Shown here: piece after piece, positions 17,087-25,099 of the stretch | How the letters are laid out: every line of letters starts with the position of its first letter | Numbering within the stretch: position 1 is the first letter of the stretch | Notes under the pieces: generated by a model | Told to the model about the DNA's origin: nothing | Seen by the model: the letters and a program-made list of their open reading frames with translations, nothing else | Database searches by the model: none | Program-made: the position numbers and the translations under genes | Origin: Candidatus Hadarchaeota archaeon | GTDB taxonomy: Archaea; CAYQAE01; CAYVLA01 | Direction of reading: 5' to 3' | Assembly: GCA_964452145.1 (NCBI GenBank) | Contig: CAYVLA010000041.1 | Span: forward strand, 1 to 27,001 | Length of the DNA stretch: 27,001 nt

Positions 17087-18280
17087 TTGACTCGCTTCAG
17101 CGGAGTCTGGATTGTCATGTTTCTCATCGCATCACTCCAGCTCGCCAGTCATGTCGGTTCTGCCGGACCCGCCCAAGACCCCAACACCGGTAGGATTCGC
17201 GTCTTCTACCTCGGAGATGCCTGGGGGCTCTTAAGCCCGACCCAACACTTCGCCCGGGACCCCAAGTTCGTTCTCACGCCGGTGCCTGCCTCAAGTGCGC
17301 ACCTGGGGGGTCTGCCCGATTATACCCGATACCTCAGGGTGTACATGCCGAGGACCTACGAGTATCTGATATCATCACAGGATGTTATCATCCTCAGCGA
17401 CACGGTGAAGCACATCTACACCTTGAAGCAGTTGGACTGGTTCAGGGATTCCGTGGTTAACGATGGAAAGGGAATCGTCATGGTTGGCGGAAGGGAGATC
17501 CAGACGGGCGAGTGGTTCGACACAGCGGTCGAGGAGGCCCTGCCGGTCAAGTGGATCCCCCGTGCCACATACGAGAAGCCTTTCAAGGCCTTTCCCGCCA
17601 AGATCGTGAGCGCCTTCCTGGATTCGATTCCGTGGGACTCGATGCCCCTGTACTACGGCATGAACCTGGCCACGGTCAAGGAAGGGGCCCGGTTGCTTCT
17701 GGAGGCTGACGTCGAGAACTACCCTGTCCTGATCTACTGGGAGGTGGGCCAGGGCTCGGGGCTGGTACACACGCCGGACTGGACCCCTGCCTGGGTGGGA
17801 GCAGTCTGGAACTGGCCTTACTACGCAGACATGGTTTCGAACATGATATACCTGGTCACCCGAGCCCGAATACCACCCGACCCCGCGCTGATGCACGACA
17901 TCAGGGAGGAGTACTACCAGTACAGCATCCAATGGGGAATCGTCACAGGCATGCAGGACTTCGTGGACATGTTCGGGGCTAACACAAAGCGCCTAGAGGA
18001 AGAACTATCCGACATCGACGAGCTGCGTCGAGATGCCTCACGGATCTATCTGGAGCAGGACTACGACACGGTGCTTGAGATGATTAAGGAGGCCCGCTCC
18101 AGGCTGGACGGTGCAATGGGCCTTGCGCAGGACTTGAAGGACCGGGCGCTTCTCTGGATATACGTCACCGAGGCCTCGGCCGTCACGGGCACATCAATGA
18201 TTTGCGGGTTGACCGTATGGTTGCTGATGGTCAAGAAGCGACTATACCGGGAAGTGAGCACGACCCGGTTCGATGTGTGA
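17087..18280 (+). CDS. Surface protein: GATase-like (DUF1355-like) domain, helical stalk, C-terminal TM with conserved tail (paralog of 2574..3791)
   Basis: Signal peptide, then DPNTGRIRVFYLGDA, RVYMPRT, DVIILSD, GKGIVMVGG, VEEALPV and DFVDMFGAN. TM and tail ALLWIYVTEASAVTGTSMICGLTVWLLMVKKRLYREV. TTG start after GGAGCGGGAG. Confidence 0.88.
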   Translation: MTRFSGVWIVMFLIASLQLASHVGSAGPAQDPNTGRIRVFYLGDAWGLLSPTQHFARDPKFVLTPVPASSAHLGGLPDYTRYLRVYMPRTYEYLISSQDVIILSDTVKHIYTLKQLDWFRDSVVNDGKGIVMVGGREIQTGEWFDTAVEEALPVKWIPRATYEKPFKAFPAKIVSAFLDSIPWDSMPLYYGMNLATVKEGARLLLEADVENYPVLIYWEVGQGSGLVHTPDWTPAWVGAVWNWPYYADMVSNMIYLVTRARIPPDPALMHDIREEYYQYSIQWGIVTGMQDFVDMFGANTKRLEEELSDIDELRRDASRIYLEQDYDTVLEMIKEARSRLDGAMGLAQDLKDRALLWIYVTEASAVTGTSMICGLTVWLLMVKKRLYREVSTTRFDV

Positions 18281-18389
18281 AGGTCTTACTGCCTGCCTCG
18301 GACTGTCATCGAGCCGCATGCGGTTCGGATCTTACGGCACCGCAGACCCGATGAACCTTGATCGTGCTATCGGATGAGGTCCCTTGATG

Positions 18390-19673
18390 TTATGTCTCGG
18401 AGGGTGATTGCCTGAGCCTCGTCCCGTGGGCTGACACGCTACGATCTCCTTCCGAGGGGTCGGTCGGGGCAGCGGCTTGGAGGTCGATAGATCTACCCTG
18501 ACTGGGTTCGGCTTCCGCCTCGACGGGTGGCACTCCTCTGAGGACGTATGTCATATTTCCGTATCCGGGGATCCAGAAAGCTGCCCAGAGCCAATTGTTG
18601 GCCGCATCATATGCTAACCCTGCCACTTTGCCCGTGTAATCGCAACTCACAAGTCTACGATCGAGGCCAGTCGAGTTGTAGGTCCATATCGCGGGATGGA
18701 AGTCGGCGCGGTCCCCATGGGGATCTACCTGGGGACCGTCGCTGAGGGCAACGGTGCCGTTTGCGACGGCCCAGCAGGTCATCCCCAAATCGATGCTTGT
18801 GGTCGTCTTCCCGTCCCAGGTGATCAGCCCGCCTCCGCCATGATCCTGTTGACATGGTCCACAGTAGAAGCCATTCCATATCTCGCCGCGAAAGGTCCAG
18901 TTGAAGGCGCCATCAAATGCTGCATCGTCGGTCCACGAAACCTGGGGGTTATTGGACCAGATAGGGTTGACGGGGTAGGTATCGAGCACGATCATGTGGG
19001 TCTCGTTGAACATCACGACGTCAACGCCGTCGTCGCTCGACTTGATCGTGCCCGACCAGACCTTTCGGAACCGGTTATCCGCGATGCTGCAGATCTGGGT
19101 GAAGGTCCCTCTGCCAAGGCTGTAGACGCCTCCCGCGATGAGAGTGCCGGTCGGTTCGTACTTGCCGATGGACTGGGGGCAGAACGAATCGGTCGATGCG
19201 ACCCGTGTCCATGATGATAGGTCAGTCGAACTGTAGATGGTGCCATTGTATGTTGGATATCGGGCGTAGTGCTCGACCACGTAGTAGGCGTCATCTATCA
19301 CCGCGGCATAGCATAACGTGTTCGGCTTCCATACCGCGAAGAGGCGGCCTGTCCGACCCGAGGTCATATTATGGCAGAAGACAGCCACAGCGCTGGAGTT
19401 GCCGAGATACCAGAGAAAGCAGTCGCGAAAGACTACGCCTTGGCATCCCTCCCATTGGTAACCCGAAACGATTCCCGCCACGGTCCACGTCCAGCCAGAG
19501 TAGGAGCTGAAGGTCGGAGGCCATCCCCCGGGATCCCTCCCGATCTGTGTTACGGGTGAGGAGGCAACCGACGGGTGGGAATCGTGGCTGAGCACAAGCA
19601 GGGCGGATGCCAGGGAACCTGAGATTAGGACGGACAGCAGGAGAGCAGACGCCTCGGTTTTCGGTGTGGGCAC
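18390..19673 (-). CDS. Hypothetical secreted/anchored beta-rich protein, probable glycoprotein
   Basis: GTG start after GGGAGG. N-terminal hydrophobic helix. Trp/Gly/Thr-rich beta-type sequence with one Asp-box-like YSSTDLSSW and eight N-X-S/T sequons. Confidence 0.7.
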   Translation of the reverse strand: MPTPKTEASALLLSVLISGSLASALLVLSHDSHPSVASSPVTQIGRDPGGWPPTFSSYSGWTWTVAGIVSGYQWEGCQGVVFRDCFLWYLGNSSAVAVFCHNMTSGRTGRLFAVWKPNTLCYAAVIDDAYYVVEHYARYPTYNGTIYSSTDLSSWTRVASTDSFCPQSIGKYEPTGTLIAGGVYSLGRGTFTQICSIADNRFRKVWSGTIKSSDDGVDVVMFNETHMIVLDTYPVNPIWSNNPQVSWTDDAAFDGAFNWTFRGEIWNGFYCGPCQQDHGGGGLITWDGKTTTSIDLGMTCWAVANGTVALSDGPQVDPHGDRADFHPAIWTYNSTGLDRRLVSCDYTGKVAGLAYDAANNWLWAAFWIPGYGNMTYVLRGVPPVEAEAEPSQGRSIDLQAAAPTDPSEGDRSVSAHGTRLRQSPSET

Positions 19674-20169
19674 AGAGAATCCTCCCGTACAAATCGGTTC
19701 TAGTCGCCCCTCCGCCTTCTCGGCATCAAGTGTCTTTCATGTATTTCCGGAGAGGCCTGTCCTCCGAATGCGCTTCAAGAACCATCAGGTCCATCTCGGG
19801 ATCTCTTAGGCCCCGTTTTCGAGACCAGTGAGGGCCGGTGAATGGGACGCTTGATATGTGTTGATCGGAACCGAGTACTGGCGTTGGATTGATCGGGCAG
19901 GGCAACTGCCATAGTTGGGCAGTAACCATCCGGTTGGCCCAGGGATCGAGGCTCGGAGAGGGCGGTCCGGACAGGGCTATGCACCCCGATCCTGCCAGGA
20001 TACAGGTCGGCAATGGGCTGGAGGTCCGAACAAGGGGCAGGGAATCCCCGCACAAGCAGCCTCTGAAGCGGTGCCTGTCTGAAGACGCACCCGGTATCCC
20101 TTCCGCAATGCAGATCACCTGACGCTCCACAGACGAGCCGCCTCCCGGCTGCTGTCTCAGCACCATACG

Positions 20170-21615
20170 TCAGCCGACAACGAAGTCCATGTTCTTTCTG
20201 ATCCTTTCGGCCTCGTAGATGAAGCCGCGGTTCCGCTGGCTGAGAAGCGCTTTCAAGGTGACCACTTCGGGGTCGAACTGGTCAAACACGGACTCCCTCA
20301 GCTGCAGTAGGGCTTGCTCGTGCTCGGCCCGGCCAGCCAGGTTCAAGTACTCGTCGGGGTCCTCTGACACATCGTAGAGGCACTCCTCGTATCCGTGCAC
20401 GTAGACGTACTTGTAGGCGTCTCGCACGGCCATGAAGCAGGGCGCGTGCACCCCTTCCCCGTGGTACTCACAGAAGATGGTCCGGCTTTCCGGTTCGTCT
20501 CCGGTCTCAACGGAGGGCAGTATGCTACGCCCCGGCAGTCCGTCGGGTAAGGGTGCCTTCGCCATATGCGCAAAAGTCGGGTAGAGGTCGACAAGGGAGA
20601 CGGGGGTTGACATCCTGACGTTCTCCTTCCAGTGCCCGGGCCAGGAGAAGACCAGCGCGACCCGCACGGACCGCTCATAGAAGTACCTCTTCTGGAGCAT
20701 TCCCCGATGACCAAGCATGTCCCCGTGATCGCTGGCGAAGATGACCGCCGTGTCTTCACGCAGTCCTCTGCTGCTGAGAAGCTCCAGGATCTCTCCGATC
20801 CTCCTGTCCACATCATACGTCATCCCATAGTAGGTCTCGTACAACCATCTGAGGTTATCCTCTTTCATCATGTCGTCCCGGACCTGGAGGAGGTAGTGGA
20901 AGTCATCCAACCACTTGTCCATCGCCCCATGGCTTGCGCTGATGTTGGGGACGGAGGGCAATGGCAGCTCCTTGTCCCTGAACAGGGCACGGATCGGCTC
21001 GGGTATCCAGAAGGGGTTGTGGGGTTGGTGATAGGATATGCAGCAGAAGAAGGGATCGCAGCCGGGTTCCTTGCCCGAGACATACTCCAGGGCGGCGCGG
21101 TGTATCCTCTCATCGGCATCGTAATGCTTCGGGTAGTGTTCCCACTGCTTCGACTTCACGTAGCTTGGGCCCATCCATTCGGGCCCAGCCGGGTTGCCTC
21201 CCGATGGTTGGGTCCAATCGTATGCGAGCTTGTACTCAATGGGATTGTAGCCTTTTGTATAATCCGTCTCAAGGCAGACGCGTCGGTCGAAGCCGTGCAT
21301 CTGGTCGTAGCCGACGAAGTGCATCTTCCCGATGATGACGCTTTCGTATCCGGCCGCGCCCAGCGAATGAGCCATGGTGGGCCACTCCGATGCGAAATCG
21401 CTGGCGTTGTCGAAGCAGCCGATCTCGGACGCGTACCTACCCGTCACCATCGATGCCCTGGAGGGGACGCACAGAGGCGAGTTACAGTAGGCACGCTCGA
21501 AGACTAACCCCTTTGAGGCAAGCTTGCTCAGGTTGGGGGTGCTTCCTGCGGTGTCGCCGTAGGGACCCGTCAGGTGGGGCGTAAGGGAATCTGACATCAG
21601 GAGTAGTATATTCAT
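20170..21615 (-). CDS. Cys-type sulfatase, choline-sulfatase (BetC)-like
   Basis: NILLLMSD, CNSPLCVPSRASMVTG (CxPxR formylglycine motif), GKMHFVGYDQMHGF, SYHQPHNPF and SDHGDMLG. Substrate not established. Confidence 0.92.
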   Translation of the reverse strand: MNILLLMSDSLTPHLTGPYGDTAGSTPNLSKLASKGLVFERAYCNSPLCVPSRASMVTGRYASEIGCFDNASDFASEWPTMAHSLGAAGYESVIIGKMHFVGYDQMHGFDRRVCLETDYTKGYNPIEYKLAYDWTQPSGGNPAGPEWMGPSYVKSKQWEHYPKHYDADERIHRAALEYVSGKEPGCDPFFCCISYHQPHNPFWIPEPIRALFRDKELPLPSVPNISASHGAMDKWLDDFHYLLQVRDDMMKEDNLRWLYETYYGMTYDVDRRIGEILELLSSRGLREDTAVIFASDHGDMLGHRGMLQKRYFYERSVRVALVFSWPGHWKENVRMSTPVSLVDLYPTFAHMAKAPLPDGLPGRSILPSVETGDEPESRTIFCEYHGEGVHAPCFMAVRDAYKYVYVHGYEECLYDVSEDPDEYLNLAGRAEHEQALLQLRESVFDQFDPEVVTLKALLSQRNRGFIYEAERIRKNMDFVVG

Positions 21616-22098
21616 GTCGTGAGTCCGATGACGCTTTCATAAAGCTGTGATCCTTCGGCTTCCACGTTGAGTGAAGCCCCAGCCTTGAATCAAGCATCAA
21701 CGAATGGCCACCCATCGTTGTGAAGGATTGCACCTCCATCTAGGTTATCTTCACGGCCTGACGGGCATAGGCGGCTTTGAGGGATTAGGCTAAGGAGTGG
21801 ATGCCCACTGTTCGGGCTGTCTCCATCCTTGTCTTTGCATGTCGGAGAGATGGCCATTAGTGTGCCAATAGTGGTCGTGCCATGCCCGTGAGGTCAGGAT
21901 TCGGTACCTCTGAGAGTGAGTATCCGCAGGTCGCCATTTCTTCACTGGGGTCGAGGAGCTGGCCCTCAACATACTGTGTCAAGCCCTTGGGTAAGAAAGG
22001 AGGCATCGCGAGCCAAGGCAGAGAGCCCAGCCACCATCCGAGTCGCAATCGGCCCAGATTCATCGAAGGATCGCATAGGTCGGCGGACAGAACCTGTC

Positions 22099-22659
22099 CT
22101 ACTGAACCAGTTTGCCCAGCGAACGGAAGACGTTGAATATCCTGGGGTCGTCCCTTGGGTCAGTACTGTCAGGGAAAGAGCCAGGGTACCCAAGTTCGAA
22201 CGTGACGGTGTCCCTAACCGGTACTTCGATCACCACCACCACGCCATGATAATCGATCGAAGAGATGGGAGTCCAGAAGGCGCCTGTGTAGATGGGCTGT
22301 TCGCCGGCCATGACCACGAAGCCGGTGCCGTTCACGGGTATCATTCCGAGCTGCTTAATCCTCGTGATTCCGGTCTCCTCAAGTACGATCTGGTGAGATG
22401 TCTCGTTGTAGGAGACTATATCGTCGTCCGAGATCACCAATTCACCGGACGACACAAGGTATATCCCAAAACCTACCTCCTTTGCCTCTTGCGAATGCCG
22501 CGGCCCGATCTGATCCATTGCCAAAGGCGTCGACACAACCAGAAGTCCCACAAGAAGGCCAAGGTACGCAGCGCCTAAGACAAGGATTTTGGTCTTCATG
22601 GACACCGGACCGAACCCCCTACCGCGAGGGATCTCCTGCTCCTCCTCGTCGGTATCCAT
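22099..22659 (-). CDS. Single-pass membrane protein with uncharacterised extracellular domain
   Basis: ATG at 22659 overlaps the upstream TGA (TGATG). TM ILVLGAAYLGLLVGLLVV. Domain motifs DIVSYN, IYTGAFW, LGYP and DPRDDPRI...GKL. Confidence 0.8.
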   Translation of the reverse strand: MDTDEEEQEIPRGRGFGPVSMKTKILVLGAAYLGLLVGLLVVSTPLAMDQIGPRHSQEAKEVGFGIYLVSSGELVISDDDIVSYNETSHQIVLEETGITRIKQLGMIPVNGTGFVVMAGEQPIYTGAFWTPISSIDYHGVVVVIEVPVRDTVTFELGYPGSFPDSTDPRDDPRIFNVFRSLGKLVQ

Positions 22660-23210
22660 CACATCACCGCCTTGACACTCTCTAGAAAACGGGTCAGAGC
22701 AGCACCTGAAGATAGGAGGGCGGAAGAGAACACGATCAGGAACCACGGGCCTTCAGGAAGGGTGAAGACGCCAGATGAGGCTGTAGCACAGATGCTGGCA
22801 AGAAGCACGGCCGCGGCGTAGATCGCGACATCGATGCGAGGAAGGAGACGGTATCGTCCTCTCGGCGCGGCCTTGGCCATTCTCGTAAGCCTGACGATGG
22901 CTAGCTGTGTGAGGTAGTAGGGTTTGTCCTTGCCGAAGAGCCTTCTGGACACGAAGCCCCTGGACTCCAGATCCACAAGCGCCCTACGGACTCTCGTGTG
23001 ACACGAGTCGAATCCCAACTCTCCTCTTCTGACTCCGTATGCAGCCTCCACAAGCTCCGACGCGGTCCTGCGTCCGCCCAAAAGTTCACGGACGATGCAC
23101 ACCTGGGTGAGATCCTTGAGCTCTCCCTCAATCAGAGTCTTCAGCGTCCCAGATATCTGAGATTCTAGTTCTGCCAGCGCTCGGGACAGTTGGTTCCTGT
23201 CGTTGCTCAC
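22659..23210 (-). CDS. Membrane-anchored winged-helix DNA-binding protein (putative transmembrane regulator)
   Basis: wHTH-like IVRELLGGRRTASELV...VRRALVDLESRGFVSRR...PYYLT followed by two C-terminal TM helices. Confidence 0.75.
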   Translation of the reverse strand: MSNDRNQLSRALAELESQISGTLKTLIEGELKDLTQVCIVRELLGGRRTASELVEAAYGVRRGELGFDSCHTRVRRALVDLESRGFVSRRLFGKDKPYYLTQLAIVRLTRMAKAAPRGRYRLLPRIDVAIYAAAVLLASICATASSGVFTLPEGPWFLIVFSSALLSSGAALTRFLESVKAVM

Positions 23211-23233
23211 GTTGAAGACCAGATCCGATCATC

Positions 23234-23241
23234 CTTAAAAA
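23234..23241 (-). promoter_or_regulatory. TATA-like box, consistent with a leaderless transcript
   Basis: Minus strand TTTTTAAG ends 23 nt before GTG 23210. No SD-like sequence in between. Confidence 0.55.
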
Positions 23242-23777
23242 GACGCCGATAGTGTCAGGATGACCACGTAACGCGAACGGCCAACTCGGGTCGCCCATTG
23301 GTCCCACGCAAGGTGCTGCTGTAGTAGGTCCAAGGTGTGTGGGTCGTTTTGACCGGCTCGTTTTCGGCAAGATCGAGGAGGACAGCTAGGCGGGGTCCGA
23401 ACCCTCCCTGCCCCTTCCATGGTGAGCTGCCGGAACTCGCCGTTCACAACTTAGTCTGCCCTCAGGGTCCTCACGTGATGGGAGGACTGGGATGATGATC
23501 AGAACCTACACCATCTGGGTTCCCAAGATTCGTACCTTGCCCTGCACTGGAATAGGGATGGGACTGGCTACCGTAGGGATGAAGGGCCGATTCCGTTTCA
23601 GCGGACGAGAAGGGGGCACCATGGAAGGAGGGACCGATTCGCTGGCCATGTAAGGAGCAAGGATGGCGAGTCGAGTAGTGTGCAGGGCATCCCCCAGGTC
23701 CCTTCCCAACCTTCCTGAGACACAGCCTCGGCTCACGGTCCGGATTCTGGCCCTTCTTGCATGCGAGTCTACTCGAG

Positions 23778-24647
23778 CTATAGAGAAAGCAGGAATTCCC
23801 TGGTTCTATCGAGGCAGAAACTGTACCATTTGCCTTGATCGCGCCTTTGGGACAACTCGTAGTTGAAGAATCCATGGCCCTGATCTTTCGCAGGGTAGAC
23901 GACGCAGCGGTTGCCGGCCGAGAGCATCTTCTCGCAGAAGGTGAGTGCCTGGGAGAAGGGAACGATTCTGTCCTCCGTGCCGTGGAAGATTATGGTGGGG
24001 GCGGTGCCGGTGCCGATGAAGCGAGTGGGTGATATCTCGTGGGCCCGGTCCAGGACTCCCAGATCGGCGAGCAGCTGGCGGGCTCTTGGAGTGAAGTCGG
24101 GTCCCGCCAGATCAAGGGCGGGGTTGAAGAGAACCAATGCGTTGGGCTTCGAGCTGATGCTTTGATCCTCGCCGTCTTCGTCGAGGCCTGGAATCGTCGC
24201 CGTGCATGCCGCGAGGTGTCCCCCCGCCGAACCGCCAGAGGCGGCTAAGTGGCAGGGATTCAGGCCGAGATCTCTTGCGCTGCCCCTCATCCATCGTACG
24301 GCTGACTTGGCATCGTTAACCGATTCGAAGGGTGTCGTGCCATGCTGATTTCTCGTGCGGTATGCCGCCGTGATTGCCACGATGCCATGTTCGGCGAGGT
24401 GTACGGCGGGGCGCATGAACTGGGCCGGGTTCTGGAACATCCAAGCTCCGCCACCGAAGAATATGATCCCTGTTCTCGAGTCGGACTTGGACCAGTCGCT
24501 TGGGAAGTAGACCGTCGCTGCAAGCTCCGTTCCTGCGACGCGCTTGTAGACTACCTCCCTTATCTTCACGGATGACGGGACATCAGGCGGGCTCTGTCCT
24601 GCTGTCCCCCCTCCATCTGCGCCTGCTCTATCCGGTGCTCGCTCCAT
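23778..24647 (-). CDS. Alpha/beta hydrolase (HSL-like / BD-FAE-like esterase)
   Basis: Oxyanion-loop FFGGGAW, nucleophile elbow GGSAGGHLA, Asp in HGTEDRIVP and His in QGHGFFN. Confidence 0.9.
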   Translation of the reverse strand: MERAPDRAGADGGGTAGQSPPDVPSSVKIREVVYKRVAGTELAATVYFPSDWSKSDSRTGIIFFGGGAWMFQNPAQFMRPAVHLAEHGIVAITAAYRTRNQHGTTPFESVNDAKSAVRWMRGSARDLGLNPCHLAASGGSAGGHLAACTATIPGLDEDGEDQSISSKPNALVLFNPALDLAGPDFTPRARQLLADLGVLDRAHEISPTRFIGTGTAPTIIFHGTEDRIVPFSQALTFCEKMLSAGNRCVVYPAKDQGHGFFNYELSQRRDQGKWYSFCLDRTREFLLSL

Positions 24648-25034
24648 GCCTTGTCAACTTGCCGTGTTCTCCGTCGCATCGGTCTCCAGGATCCGGTCTT
24701 GACGTAGAGCTACTGGAGTATTTAGTTTTGATGCTTCGCACGGACGGACTTGTTGCTGCGGGGCAGCCCTCTTTGGATGCGAAGTGATGCGATCGTGCGT
24801 CCAGCGGGTCCCGCAGGAGGTGGGCCACATCTCATCAGGCACCCTCAGTGTGGGGAACGCTGAGCGCTCCATCCATTCGGTCCCGTGGCGCGGTGTGGCC
24901 TGAAAGAGGTGTATCGCTCAACCCAAGACCTGAGAGTCCAGGGTCGGACTAGATGCGTGGGTGCTGTCCTGAGAAGCTATCTGCCAACGCAACTCACTCA
25001 GTAACAGATTCGCAGACAATCCAGTTGAACACCC

Positions 25035-25042
25035 TTTATTAA
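25035..25042 (+). promoter_or_regulatory. TATA-like box upstream of the DUF4838-like gene
   Basis: TTTATTAA in GC-rich context, followed by an inverted repeat at 25053-25085. Confidence 0.5.
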
Positions 25043-25099
25043 GCCTCGTGTCGCCCTTGTTTCAAGTCATCGTGAAATCGAGGGCAAGGGGAGAATGAC

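Noticed and set aside
19726..20166. 146-aa ORF in the spacer, and similar short ORFs at 105..356, 4320..4622, 6538..6870 and 23471..23875
   Set aside because: Composition is not protein-like and there are no recognisable motifs.
23492..23498. C-box-like ATGATGA
   Set aside because: No CTGA D box within the 50-60 nt expected for an archaeal C/D sRNA.
23371..23625. Possible RNase P RNA (GAGGAGG... and GAGAAGGGGGC resemble conserved regions)
   Set aside because: The GAGGAAAGUCC-type 5' element and the 3' GCUUA needed for helix P4 are absent.
23769..23780. TAG-CTC-GAG-TAG at the esterase end, considered as pyrrolysine readthrough
   Set aside because: The domain is complete, readthrough would add only three residues, and no pyl genes are in the window.
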